A stretch of DNA of 61,989 nt, counting the filler, from Vannella sp. (Eukaryota), in assembly GCA_023345925.1 (NCBI GenBank). It is 6 parts of 6 records of this genome, joined end to end, with 100 filler letters (N's around TTAATTAATTAA, not from the genome) between each part and the next. Parts side by side here need not be neighbours in the genome. Positions count along the whole stretch, not along the records: positions 32,517 to 49,996 come from JAJQQN010000770.1; 5 more parts are not named here. One strand, 5' to 3'. Below are positions 34,030 through 47,611 of the stretch, piece by piece. The position numbers and the translations under genes were made by a program. The notes beneath the pieces were generated by a model. That model saw only the letters and a list, made by a program, of their open reading frames with translations. It ran no database searches and was not told the origin of the DNA. Numbering within the stretch: the first letter of the stretch is position 1; every line of letters starts with the position of its first letter.

Positions 34030-36151
34030 ATGAGCAACAGCGCCAGCGCCTTCACGGCTGATAGTTCCGCGTTTGGGACCGGCACGCTGTCGCAATCGCT
34101 TTGGGAGAACATCTATGACGAAGAGGATACCTATGGGGATGATGTGGACTCTTCTGATGTAAGCATGTGCCAAGGGCGACGGTGTGTTGACAGTTGGGGA
34201 AGAGGTACTTTAATAACAAGGACTGCGTCATCTTCCTGGTGGATGCGCAACCGGCTATGTTTGTACCAACTGAGAGGGACGAGATCCCTTTCCGCAATGC
34301 CATCAAATGCGCCATCGCGACCATGACAGACAAGATTATCTCTTCCGATACAGACTTGCTGGGCATCTGCTTCTACGGAACGGATCAAAAGAAGAATATG
34401 AACGAGTTTGATAACCTCTATGTTCTCCAGGTAGGCTCACTCTCCCTCATCAAGGACCTGACACTGAAAATGAGGCTGCATAGGAGTTAGATGTGCCTGA
34501 TGCACAGCGAATCCTTGAGTTAGAAGGGTTGCTGAAGCATGAGACATCTCCTTACGGGTCTACGGACAACGAGTTCCCTTTCTGTGATGCTCTGTGGACC
34601 TGTTCGACAATGTTCTCCAGCTGGTAGGACCTCTCTTTCCTCTTGATACGAAGCTAATAACTTAGAAGCACCGTCAAGGTTGGACACAAGCGCATCTTCC
34701 TCTTCACCAACGAAGACAACCCAAACGCAGCTGATCAGAATGCACGAGACAAAGCAATCCAACGAGCCAAGGACCTCTCTGAACTGGGAATCGATATTGA
34801 ACTCTTCAGTATGAACCGAGGTGACAAGTCCTTCGATCCCAGCTTGTTCTACCAGCACATCATCTCCACGGACGAGGACGACTTTGTAGGCTTAGTCCAC
34901 GTGGACGCTAGTGCCAAGTTTGAGGAGCTACGAGCACGAGTCCGTCGAAAGGAGTTCAAGAAGCGGTCGCTTGGCCGCATCCCTCTCTCCCTTCGACCAG
35001 GATTGACGATGAGTGTGCAGTTGTACAACCTCTTGCATGAGGCGAAGAAGAGCAGCTACATCTCTTTAGATGGCAGAAGCAACCAACGAGTGAAGACTCA
35101 GACCAAGTACGTGTGCCGTGCGACTGGAAGTTGGTTGATGCCAAACCAAATGGCCTCCTACTACGAGTACGGTGGCCAGAAGGTTCAGTTCTCAGGAGAG
35201 GAGCTGAAGAGCGTCAAAGCAGCCTGCGAGAAAGGCATACAGTTGATGGGGTTCAAGCCCAAATCTGCCTTGAAGGAGTACCACTTCTGCCGTTCCTCCG
35301 CGTTCCTCTACCCTGATGACTCAACAATCAAGGGGAGCTCTACCCTGTTTGCAGCACTCCTCGATCGCACTCTTCAAAAGGAGAAGATCGCAATCGCGCG
35401 CTTTGTCCCCCGCGACAACGCGATGCCGGTTTTCGTCGCTCTCGTTCCACAAGAGGAGGAGTTTGATGAGGATGGCAGCCAGTTCATTCCTCCTGGCTTC
35501 CATGTCATCTACTTGCCCTTCGCTGGAGACATCCGCTCGTTGGAGCTTCCCAAGACGACACCAGCGAACGAAGAGCAGGTGGAGGCGGCCAAGGCCTTCG
35601 TGAAGAAGATTCGCATCCGCTTTGACAGCAGAAGCTTCGAGAACCCAATACTTCAGACGCACTACGCTGCCCTTCAAGCCCTGGCCTTAGATCGGGAGAA
35701 GGTGGAGAAGGTCCCTGATTACGTCACACCTGATACAGAGGGTATGCGCAAGTTCTCTCCCCTTGTACAGCACTTCCGTGACTCTGTCTTTGGTCCCGAG
35801 TCGGAGGAAGAACGAGACGCGCGAATGGCGATGGCGTCTGTCGGCGTCAAGAAGAGGGGCCGGGCAGCTGGAGACGATAATGAAGACAAGAAGAAGGTCC
35901 AAAAGGTCACAGAGCTCGACCTGGAAGACTACAAAGACGAAGCCAAGGTGAACAAGCTCACCATTCCCTCCCTCAAGGTGTTCATGAAGGTAAGGCGCCG
36001 TCGAGCATGTCAGTCGCTATGCTCACCACCCTTATAGGCACACAACATCCCTGTTGGTCCCAAGGATCGCAAGGCAGACTTGGTGAAGAAGATACTGGAT
36101 GCAATGAGGGACATCAAGCCGGTTGTCAAACCAGAACCAGCGGAAGGTTGA
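34030..36151 (+). CDS. XRCC6: Ku70 (vWA + Ku core + SAP), multi-exon
   Basis: IFLVDAQPAMF, KRIFLFTNEDNP, LMGFKP, FLYPDD..IKGS, PPGFHVIYLPFAGDIR, FENPILQTHY, C-terminal SAP (KLTIPSLKVFMK...RKADLV); TGA at 36149-36151. Confidence 0.95.
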
Positions 36152-36278
36152 TCAACCTGCACTGTTGTCATAAAGGAGCGTCTGTTAGCGACGGGAGATC
36201 AGATCTGGGCTGTGGAGGCGTGGACGAGTCTCCTTTATCAAAATGGCGAGGATGAGACGGCGTTCCTACCAAGCACAG

Positions 36279-36804
36279 TTAACGGCCTCGACCACGTCCA
36301 CGGCGTCCTCCCCGTGGTCCACCACGCATCATTCCTCTGGCACCACGACCTGGAGACAGTCAGTGAGGAGGGAGACTTCAGAGTAACCTACCGCGAATTA
36401 GGGCTGCGGCTGCGGGATCAGCCTTCTTTGTAGCAGATCGAGGAGTATCATCTTGCAGACGAGTGGCAAGGTTGAGACTCTCCGGCAGGATGAAGTATCG
36501 TACATTGCTTCCCCGGATGGTGAGGAAGTCCAGGTTAACAGGGTTCTTCTCCCGAACAGTCATCTTCACTGTTTTCAAGTGCGTGTTCATACTCATATCC
36601 ACACCTGTAAGATGGAGGTGAATGGTAAGGACGAGGACCGAACTGTTCACTCTTCGTACCAACAACGGTCCCGTGCACGACAGTTCCGTTCTTCAGCTCG
36701 ACGGTGACGGTCTCACCGTTCAGCTTCATGAGGAATCTATTGCAACGAACCTGTGAGCTCAACTACTCCTCGTCCCAACAACCCTCCCACCTAACAAGCT
36801 TCAT
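36279..36804 (-). CDS. SNRPD1: Small nuclear ribonucleoprotein Sm D1, 4 exons
   Basis: [39 protein letters not shown]...[19 protein letters not shown]-rich tail. Confidence 0.96.
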
Positions 36805-36945
36805 CCGACCGCTCCCAGTAAGCAACTGATTCTAATCACCCTCCTTTCCAATTTACTCTGAAAGAAATCTTTGTGCCAACAGTCAATAAAGTTGAAAGGG
36901 GTCAAATTCAGAAAGATTCGTTTATTCGGTAATTTCTGGAGCTTT

Positions 36946-36999
36946 GAAAAAAAAAGAAAAAAAAGAAAAAAAAGAAGAAAAAAGAAGAAAAGAAAGAAA
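36946..36999. repeat. A-rich polypurine tract in the SmD1/ARS2 divergent promoter
   Basis: gaaaaaaaaagaaaaaaaagaaaaaaaagaagaaaaaagaagaaaagaaagaaa. Confidence 0.85.
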
Positions 37000-37020
37000 C
37001 CTTTGGCAGTTCACTTTTCC

Positions 37021-38828
37021 ATGGAGCACGGGAGGCGTCAGTGGAGCTCTCGAGGTCCGGTTAGGGACTGGGATGCAATCGTAGAGAATGAGGAGAGGCC
37101 GCGAGCGGAGCTGGAGGGGCTGTTAGAAAAGAGATCACTCGATCGGTATCGACGCGACAGTCCGCCCCGCAAGTATCATCGCCACAGTGAAGGGTGAGAA
37201 ACTTGAGACTTCATTGGAGCTACACCTAACCACACAACCTCAGGGGCATGAGAGACGATCGTGGGCGTGGAGGGAGAGGTCGAAGGAGTGAAGGAGGATC
37301 TACAGCATGGAATGACCGACGGAGGGTCACCGATGGACCCTTGCGAGACCTGGCATACTTTGAAAAGGACTACAATGGGCCAACTGCTCGACGCCTGTAT
37401 GAAGAGTACATGTTGGAGTACCGGAAACGGCAGATGCAGAGTTTCTTCGAACTCCATCACGATGAGCAGTGGTTCATTGAGGAGTACGACCCCACAGTTC
37501 TCTCTAAACACTTCAAGAACCTCTTCAGGGAGTCTCAGGAAGCGTCCAAGGCCTTTGTAAGGCGCTACAGAGAGGAAAATGCGAGTGCGCCTGATCTTGA
37601 TCAAGAAGATGACCAGCGAGGCGATGAGCTTACATCTAGCTTGAGAATAAGTGGCATTCCAGTGTCTGTGGAGGGGGCAGCTCTCGAAAGTGCGATTGGC
37701 TCGCTCGAGAATGTCCATCTGAAGCGCTTTTTTCTCTCTTCTCCCGATGGGGACGACCATTTCTCTAGGTACGCGAGCGCTACCTTCGCTAGCAAGGAGG
37801 ATGCAACGTTAGCAGCCACAGGATTGGAGGAGAAGCTGAGCAAAGACCTTCAATTCACACCAAAAGTTGATCAACTACAAGAGAGTCAGCTCTACAGGAC
37901 GCCTGCTTTGTGTGCTCCTCTTCCCTCAAGAGACTCTGATAGAATGGAGAAAGATCTAGCCACGTCAAACAAGCTGCGAGTGCTCCTTGATGCTGAGAAG
38001 AAGATTGAGGGCGAGAATAGCTTCTTCGAAGACTCTGGGAAGAGTGTAAGTATCTGAAAAGCCTGGTTTGAATGATTCTGATGAGTACTGCAGGTTCGAG
38101 AGCGCCTGGACTTGGTTATCGAATATCTTAGAGAAGTGCATTCGTATTGTTTTTATTGTGCTCGCCAGTTCCGCCACCAGCACCAGATGTACTCTTTGTG
38201 TGGGAAGACTCACCGCCGAGGCAATATTCCTGAGCCCGAAAAGAGACAAATTGATCCCTCCACGGAGTCTGCAGGAACTAACGGAAACGCGGAAACTTCC
38301 GATTCTATCAAAGCGGCGGGAGAATCTGAGCCTTCCAAGGCTCCAGTCACTTGGGGGTCCGCATTGGACATCTTTAACCAGGCAAGAATGGAGCAGGCGA
38401 ATGACTACGAACAGCGAAGTGGTCGTGCCGCTATTGCCATGCAGATAAGCGAGTGGGTGAGCCAATGCACGATTCCTGAAGCAGAAAACTTCCGCTGTGG
38501 CTTATGCAGAAAGCTCTTCCGGGGGACAGACTTTGTGGCCAAGCACTTGGAACTGAAGCATCCGGAGGAGCCTGAGGAGATTGAGACAAGAGTCCTCCGT
38601 GGGCAACTGTTGGCTAACTTTGAAAGGGATCCCACTTGGTTCAATTGGGTAGTCACCTCTCAAACACGAGAGAATGCCAAGCGAGTGGAGGCAATCGCTC
38701 TCCTTCCTGCACAGCCCACGCAGCCTAGTGATCCTCGAGGACTTCGAGACTATGTTGACCTCGATGCTCCAGTGAAGCCTGCAAGCTTGCCAGACTACCG
38801 ATCGCAAGTCTCTTACGATGATATTTGA
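37021..38828 (+). CDS. SRRT: Serrate/ARS2-like RNA effector protein, 3 exons
   Basis: YEEY..EY..RQMQSFFELHHDEQWFIEEYDP, RRM, YLREVHSYCFYC, C2H2 FRCGLCRKLFRGTDFVAKHLELKH, DPRGLRDYVDLDAP. Confidence 0.9.
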
Positions 38829-38970
38829 GTTCTAAATGCTCTCGCTCTCGTTACAACGAAACAGGGGCTGGCCATCTCTTGGTACACAGGTACCTAGAGG
38901 CATCTAAGGGCTCTGAGTAGCTGGAGTGTGGCTGGGGAGTGCGAGAGAAGCGACATTGGGTCATTGTTTG

Positions 38971-41900
38971 ATGGCGGGCAGGGGTTGGTGGGTCCTTATC
39001 TTGCTGGTGGCGAGCTGTGTGGCGTCCTCTGTGTTTCAGATTGAGGGGAGAGCAGAGATCCTTTGTACGCAGGCGTTGTCTGGGGATGGCATAGTCGTTG
39101 CGGGGTGGTACGAAGGTGAAGTTAGTCTGAAGATGTCGAGAGGGTCTTCATTGGAGCTTCCCCTGTCGCGGGGGAGCCATGATGTCGCTTCTGGCTTTGT
39201 CATAAGGCTAAATATGGTCAATGAGAGCTTGCAAGTGCAGTGGATCGCGTCCACACGAGTCAAGTTCTTCTCTTCATCCATTCGACCATCTCAATGCGCC
39301 CTGTTGGAGGGAAGATCGCTGCTTGCGCTCACTTCTTTCACCACGACTTCTTCTATCCAATTCGTATCTACAGACGGGACAGTCAGCGACCTGTCTGTCG
39401 TTGTTGGCACATTGGGGGACATCTTATCCCTGGTTGACATTGATTCTGGTATGTAGGGGGTTCCCTTGATGTTGAGATGGTAACAAGAGTGAAAGGAACC
39501 TTTATTCAGAGTGTTCAGATTCCCAGGGGTGACTGTACCGCTCCTACGTGCAATCCTGTGGGGGAAGGACAAATCTTGGGAGTTGGAAGTCGCCATGTAA
39601 TCGCTTCTACTCGAACCAAACAGACTGAAAGCCAAGCAGAAGAGACGAAAGCTGTTTTATTCCATGTACCAATGATCAAGCAACGCTCAAGCTCTCCACA
39701 GCCTCTTAATATGAAAGGTTTGTGAGTGACTTGGCGAAACTTGTTTCTTACCCCCTCCCTCCTCAGGCACTAACCTCTTGAACCCGTTGGGCTTCTGGAT
39801 ATTCCAAGGAGGAAATTCCACGGACGACTTCAAGTTAAGTTCCATGGTTGTCTCTTCTGAGTCCAATACTGCCTTCTTCGGCATTTCTGTTGGAGTGAAG
39901 AATATCGTGGTAGGGCCTTCTATCTGTTGAACCGTGTGTACTGAAGGACTAATCAACGGTAGATTATCAGTGGAGATTCGGCAGAAACCCGGCAGTTGGC
40001 TGATTTGGAGGCCAGCGAGGATTCAGAAACGGGGGTTTTAACATGGGGCAGCTGGTCCACGGGTGCTTTCCTCCAGTCGCCGATTCAACGGTCAGAAGCT
40101 TTCCAGACATACCTATTTGAGGATCTCTCAATGCGAGGGCACTTTCTCTCCGCCCTCTATTCTGACAAGAAGAATGGATTGATGGGTGTTCAACAGTTTA
40201 ATGTCTCTGCTGGACTTGCAGAGGTCTATTCATCTCCGCGAATCAACTCAGTTGGATCGTCTAGCTATACACCAGCTTTATCCTTTAACGTGGCTGGCGA
40301 TGCGTTAATGGCTGGAGGAACTGACTCGGCAGTGGAGATTGATTCTACTCTTTTTGGAGTTCCTGAAGGCTTAGTTTCACTCTTCGTTGTAGAATTCGAT
40401 CTCGAAGACTCTCAAGTAGCAGCTGATACCTTTTTTGAGATAGTACGAGCACCAGCTATGAGCGCCCTTCGACTTTTCGACTTTTCAGTTTCTCCGAGTG
40501 GAAGTCTTGTTAGTGCTATTGGATATGAGGGAAGCATCGTCTTTGGAGACATCATCCTCGAAGGACCTGGAAGTGCTGTGCTTATCCAAAATCTATGTGT
40601 TGAATGCAGAGGGGCCAGTTATTGTGACCTGAAAACAAGCCCCATCTGCGAATGCACACCTGGTTATGAACAGAACGGGGGCGGATGTGTTCCGGAGCCA
40701 TGTCCTGGTGAATGTGGAGAAGGCCTTTGCGTATTGGAGGAGGCTAAATGCCAATGCCAAAACGGCTTCATGTCTCCAGACTGTCACAAAGGGCTTTTGA
40801 GGACACCTTTATCAGATTTTATGAACTCAAATACCTGGTTCATTGGTAGGTGCCCCCGAAACCGCTCCAGTTATGGCTTACAGGAGAATTACAGGGAATA
40901 CTCTTCAGACCACCTCAGGAGAGGCCACTGTTTTAGACGTCCAAGGAATACCGGACGTCGGTTGGACCTTCGTCATCGGGAGTTTCTCTGGTACCTTTCT
41001 TGTTGGAGAAGTGTCCAACGGAGACTTAGTGTCTCAGAGCGCCTCAACCATGGAGGGAGAGACGGCCAGTTTCATTCTCCTTCTTGATTCCAAATCCAGG
41101 ATACAATGGGCATCATTTATTCGTAGTATGGAGGCTGACCGATCTTTGTTTGCCACAAAAAGTCTCATCCAACCTGGAACTGGCAATCTGTTGGTCACCG
41201 GAGTGAGTTCACTGGATCTTTGAAAGCTCTTTATTGACTTTTGTAGTATCTCGAGAGGGGATTGCGGTCGTTTCATGTGGTCCAGGCTTCTCAAGACTTG
41301 GTTTCCATTCAGGTGGATTCTCGTGAAGGAGATGTGCCTCAGTTCTTTGTTGAGATAGATTTGAAGGGCAATTGTAAATGGGCAGCGGCAGCTCCTCTTT
41401 GTACAGCAACGTCACTTTGTGAATGGCAGGCGGACATCAGCCCGCCTCAATTCGTCATTTCCAATGATATCTTATTTGCTGCTTCCACTGCAGTTTACCC
41501 TGGAGATGAGGTCCAGTCTTCCAGATCGATCTATATCATGGCATTGCGCTTTAATATCTCTCAATCACCGGCTGAATGTCTGGGGCTAAGCGTTATTGGT
41601 GAGTATAGTAGTACTGGAGAAGCCTCAGCCTCAGCCTCAATTATATCTGGCATGGCAGCCTCATCAAATGGAAGCGTTCTGATTTCTGGTAACTTTCTGA
41701 CATTTACAATGGCTGTTTATAATCGCGGGGATTGGCTGAATTCCTTGTATTTGTCCTCTTCGAGCTCACCAGCTCACTTCATCTTACGATTCTCTCCTGA
41801 AATGGAGTATCAGGGAAGCTTCATTAATTCAGCACCTCGATCTCCTACTCTTGGTCTTCAGTTGCTCTCCGTTCCAAGGGATGAATCCCTACTTTGGGTG

Positions 41901-44900
41901 ATTCATGCGCAACCTTCCATTGATCATTCTCTGCTGCAGTTTGTGTTGGCTCTGCATGATTCTACTTCACTAGTTAAGCAAACTCAAGCTCTGTTAGAAG
42001 TCTCGTCAGCATTTTCAAGTGACTGGTTCTGTTCTGAGTCTCTCTCCATCCTCATCTCAAGTGCAGTTGATTTTTCTGGTCAACTGATTCTCCTTATCCG
42101 CCCAAACACGGACTTTTCCTTACGGATTGCTGACTTTCATGGAGAAGCCGCTCACTTTAATGTTAGCTCACCAGGTTACTATTTGTCTGCTCTCTCCCCG
42201 GAAGGAATTCCTTCCTGGGCGACGCCAATCCCTCGCTCAGTGACACAATCTGGGACACTCTCTTTGAGTGAGTACCAGCATGTGCGAATGAGTGATTCAG
42301 GAGCTATCCTTCTTCTTGGTTCTGTTGCTCAGAATCTCCCTGTCGCTTGGACTCTTCGCCTGGGGTCGATAACTCGTCTGAACGGACACCGTTGTGAGGA
42401 CTGCGGAAAGCGAGGTTGGTGCTATTTTGGAGGAGCAGAGGAATTTGGTAGTTGCGTGTGTCAATTGTCCTCTTCTGGATCTTTGTGTGACAGCTCTTTA
42501 TTACTGGATTGGGGAAGATACCTTCAATGGAGCCAACATGCGTCGGTCGTGGCATCCAGGATTGATTCAATCCCGGATGCGATTCATTACTATGGCTTGC
42601 GGACGGACTCCAGCAACAGCGCTCTATATGCTTCTGGGTATCAGAGAGGAAGTGCTGTTTATCAGATATTCCTCTCTTCATCTTCTTTCCACCCTATCCG
42701 GCAACTTGGAAGCAGAGAGGGCGATGGAATGGTAGTTTCCATGTCCCCTGAAACTGGTTCGCTTCGTTGGATTGCCTTTGTCAGCATGGGGGCGCAGAAC
42801 CGGTCCTGCCACCTAACACAATTGGATGTGGATCCGTTCGAAGGTCACATTTTCGTGGCGGGATGGGCAGAAGGAGGGCTCGCCACATTCTTCCACGCCA
42901 ACTCAACAGAGGATTCGGAAGCCGTTTTCCCATCCTTGCAAGTACCGGAATCAGGCGGTCCTATCATTGGCAAACTGAATTCGAACGGAGAGTGGCTCTG
43001 GGCTGAATTGGTGAAGCCACGAGGATATTGTTTTTCTTCAGGGAGAAGTTGTGACCCGGCACATCCGCTCACAGAGTTTTGGGACCGTTATATTGACTTG
43101 AAGCTTCTCTCTCGTCGTGCTCGGGGAGGGGTGGAGTTGTATGTTTCTGGGACCTTTTGGTCTCAATCTATGCGTTATGACTCTTTTGTTCGGCGGTACA
43201 ATCTCTTGAACATTGATGCGAGACCCAATATCGTTTGGGATGTGATTGGTCGTCTGCCAGAGGAGATTTCCGACCCAGCTTCTGCTGGAAGAAGAGGAGC
43301 CCGTTCATTATCTTTGCATCCTGGTGGAAACGTGATTGTAGGGGGATACTGGACCGCTCCAATGCTAGAACTTGTGGACTCGGCACAGAGCTCACACAAA
43401 TTAAGCTCATTTTGGGCCGTTGACAGTTCCATCCGGTTCAGATGGGAAGCGCGCATTAATGAAGATGGACAAGTGCTATGGTTGAGGTCAAATGAGCTGC
43501 CCACATCGGCATTCATCACACAAAGTGAGTTATATGATACATCGCTTTCCCAACATGGAGGGGAGGTCTGGCTTTGCATCAATGAAGCACGCTACACCGC
43601 AAATAGTTCAGGCCTCCCTCAACATTACTATGCTGGAGCCAGCGGCTCGTTCAGCCTCTCCACTACAACGGGAGCTGATTATGTTTATGACGCTCTTGCG
43701 ATTTCTACCAACATCAATAGTGCTTCTGAAGCATCAGATTTGGTATTCTACTCAAACAATGTTGATCCTCGAGATAACGTTCTCACTGGGGGGTCCCTGA
43801 AAGGGACTGCCCAACTAAGCTCTCTGTCATTTTCTCCGCTTGTTGAACTGCAAGCTAAGAAAGGTGCCCGCCATGCCTTAATAGCCGGTTGGGACAAGTA
43901 TGGTAATGTATTGTACGCTATACAGTCCCAATATGGTGAAGCAGGCATCAATACCATCTATTCTGATCCGTTTGGAAACATCTTTGTGGCTGGATTTGCC
44001 AAAGAGAACAGTTTCTTTGACCAAGTTATTGTCAATCGAGATTCTTCCTTTGTGATGAAGCTTTCAGCATGTCTTGATAACTGCCATAATCACGGTATTT
44101 GTGTGTTCGGATCTTTGGGAGGTCCTGGACATTGCTCTTGCAATATTGGATGGCGAGGAGAGTATTGTGAAGTTCGTACGTTAAGTCAGCCCTATTTTAA
44201 CTTCTCCTGACCTTTGAATAGCGATATGCGATGGAGAGCCGCCGTGTGAAGGAAGAGGCACGTGCGTTCAACCAAATATTTGTTTGTGTGAAAGGGGATG
44301 GGCTGCACCCACCTGCTCTGAGTGTGCAGATGGCTTCCAACCTCCAAATTGCAACCACTGCGAAGCGGGATTGGCACTTCCTGACTGCAAGGAGTGCACC
44401 AGTACCCATCGAAAACCACCTTATTGTGACGAATGCCTTGATGGTAAGTTCTTCATTAGATTGCCAACCAACTGACCCTGTTCAGGGTGGATGCCACCTA
44501 ATTGTAACATATGTCCTGTCGGATATCAGCTTCCCGATTGCAAGGATTGTAGACCAGGCTATTTACCTCCTTTTTGTGAAGAATGCAAAGATGGCTTCTT
44601 CCGGCGGGGAGAAGAATGTGTCTCGAGTTGTGCTAATTCTCATTACATGCCCAGTGATTGTGTCGAATGCCTTGAGCCTTATTCTCAACCTGATTGTCGC
44701 TGCCCGCATGGCTATACAGGTCCAGATTGTCTCCAGAGTACGTCTCCTTCTCAATCTGGACTCTGATACTGATAATCTGATAGTTTCCTGCTTTGAGATT
44801 GATGACTGTGGAGTCAATGGAGTTTGTATGGGACCCAACCTTTGCCTGTGCGAAAAGGGATTCCGAGGAACTGATTGCCAAGAGCCCCCAGACAACAGCC

Positions 44901-47566
44901 GCATAGTTATAATGATATCAAACACTGGAAAAAATGGAACTATTCTTGCTGCACCTCAGCAAGTGTTAGTACTGGACGCTTCTGCCACTTTTATTGTGAA
45001 CTCTCCTCTTGCTGATATTTCGTTCCTTTGGTCTTGCCTAGACGCCACTGAGCCTTCAAGAGCTTGCCTAGTAGACCATTTGAGCTCTCAATCCATCCAG
45101 AAACTCCCAGCCTATTCAGGATTGATTGGACACACCTACATTTGGACTGTTCGGGCGCAAAATGCTGGAGACGAGCAATCTGACTCTATTCGAGTGAGCT
45201 ACAGATATTTGGAAGTCCCTGAACTGAAGATTTCTGTCCTTCCAACAGGAAAGCTGTTCTCAGCAGCGAACATAATGATTACTGCCACGCTGTCCGAGCC
45301 AGCCTTTCAATGGAACTGGCAAATTGCAGAAGGGAAGGCATCATTTAACAGTCTCCGCACCAAAAGCTCTTCAAACGTGAGTGTATTGGAGATTCCGGCT
45401 AGAACAGTTACTGGACAAGTCAGCTTTTATGTTGTTGCAAGTTTACCAGATGGGCGAGTTGCAAGTCAACTAATCCCACTGGACATCACACCAGTGGTTG
45501 AAGGCTATTGTACTGTATCCCCTTTCGAACATGGCGAGGCCATCACCACAACTTTCCATTCCTTTTGTTCCGGCTGGGTGGATCGGGATGGAATTGGAGA
45601 AGTGAGTTATCAATGGAGTTTCTTTGACCCGCAAGGGATTCGAATATTCCTTTCTCCAATCAGTTCATCATCAGTTCTGAGTTTCTTCCTCCCTAACTTC
45701 TCTCCAATCGTGTTCCAGGCAGTCATTTTCTCTTCTCTTGGGTATCGACAGGGTGATTTTAACGTTACTCTCTCTACTATACCCTATTACAAGCTCTCTA
45801 CTGATGAGGTTTCGTTGAGAATAATCTCTGCTCGCTCAATTGCAGAGACTTGGACCACCGGAGGAGATGAAAGTAGTCCATTTACTGCATTGAATATTCT
45901 TGATAGCTTTGCGTTCACTCCAGCTTACTCACATGTCAGTCCAGACCTTCCTGAACCTGCTGACACTCTTGATATTCTCATCCAGCTTTATCGCAATCCC
46001 TCCATCGAATTGACATTTGCAACTATTGGGGGATTCACCTCAGCCCTTCATAGTCTCAGCACTCGCCAGGATACGACTCTGGTATCACTATTGGAGATTT
46101 CTGCACTTTATTTAGATATTCTTGACCGGCTACCGCCTCCTCCGGCTCTTCAACAAGGTCCCGAAATCATTCAAAAGAGTATTCTTTCGGCAGCAGACTT
46201 TTGGATTGTATTTCGAATGTCTGGCCAAGCGAGAAGTGAAATCGATGCTTTAGGTAGACAAGTAAGATTGATTATTAGTCGAATTCAAGCCTCTTTAGCT
46301 CAACCGGAGTATTTCCGTTGTGGGGATCCGCCAATCACGCTTTCTAGTCGCAATATTGTTCTTTCTGTGGCACATGGGACTGTCTCTGACCTGTTGATTT
46401 CAACAAGAATAACTCTTTCCTCTAAGTCCGCCGTTTTCCGTCTTCCTGACGAGATCGGAGAGTTTTTGGTGCTTTCTGAAGGAGAATGTACTTTCTGGCA
46501 AATGGCGGTCTTTGCGCCGGTCATTTATCAGCAAGAGGAAGGCAATTGCAGACAATGGATATCCGAATTGACCATTCTCACTCCAGATGGGACTGCGGCA
46601 CAGATTGTAGAGCTCCCTGAGGACTTCCCAGTTCAAGTGACGTTCCTGAAAGAGCCAATTTGTGCGGGAATTCAGTATATTCCTGTTTGTATTTACAACG
46701 CCTTTCTTAATGATTTAACATGGCAGGAAGGAGACTGTGTCCTTCAAGAAGATAACGGAGCGAGAGCTCGCTTCTCAGTCTCCCATTTGACTGACTTCAG
46801 CTTGGCCTATCGCTTTTCCAGTGCTTCTCCACATCCCAGTACCTCCTTTTCCATATCAATCCAGGCTAGTCTATCCAACACTCCATTTCCATCTCCATCC
46901 AAGAGTCAGAGCGAAAAGGAGCAAACAGAAGATGTTCGTGGAGCTTGGTTTTGGCTCTCTTTAATTGCCTGTGCAGTAGCAGGAGGATTGGCGGTTTTCA
47001 TCTTCGTTGGCTTTCTTCTTGCCATACGAAAGTGGTTCGAAATGAACCGCCGAGATGATCAAGATGGATTTGCTTGGGAGATGGAGGAACTCTCTTTCGA
47101 TTCACCTTCTTTTGAATCCAGTAAAGGAGATGAAGATGATGCAGAGCACACTTTCACTCCTCGATTATACCAGCCGGGCTGGACTGCATCATTCCTGGCC
47201 CCACTGTCGATTGGGGTCTCTCATCTTTGGAGCAGACTTTCTCAATCAAGGGCCCCTCAAGAGACTTTAGAGGAGATGGAACGTTTCACTCCTTCGGAAA
47301 ATGTGAAGGAAGAACAGGTTTACGTCTTTTCTTCCAAAGAGCGCAAAAAAGTACTCCCTGGTTCTCACATTGATACTTTCGAAGGCGGTGACGATCTTTT
47401 ACGTAACGTTCATGTTGATCCTGATGAAGACACCCTATCTGTGATTTATGACCCAACAGAGGCCTCTCACCAACTTGTAGCTAACCCCAGCCTCAGAGAC
47501 AGCAATTCAGAGGGAAGATCGCTTCTAGTTGAGATCAAGTCAGAAAGCGGAGATTCCGACGAGTAG
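38971..47566 (+). CDS. Giant single-pass receptor: signal peptide, propeller-like repeats, EGF repeats, REJ-like and GAIN/GPS regions, one TM; multi-exon
   Basis: Signal MAGRGWWVLILLVASCVA; EGF motifs CECTPGY, CSCNIGWRGEYC, CLCEKGFRGTDC; REJ-like LVLDASAT..FLWSC and GYCTVSP..GEAITTTFHSFCSGWVD; GPS W..GDC...SHLTDF; TM ~46940-47026. Could be more than one gene. Confidence 0.72.
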
Positions 47567-47611
47567 GAACAAGAAATGCACTTTCGTTGTTTTGGATTTA
47601 AATGAAGTGCG

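Noticed and set aside
36871..37020. Poly-Lys/Arg N-terminal extension of ORF 36871-37197
   Set aside because: Translation of the A-rich promoter tract; the plausible start is ATG 37021
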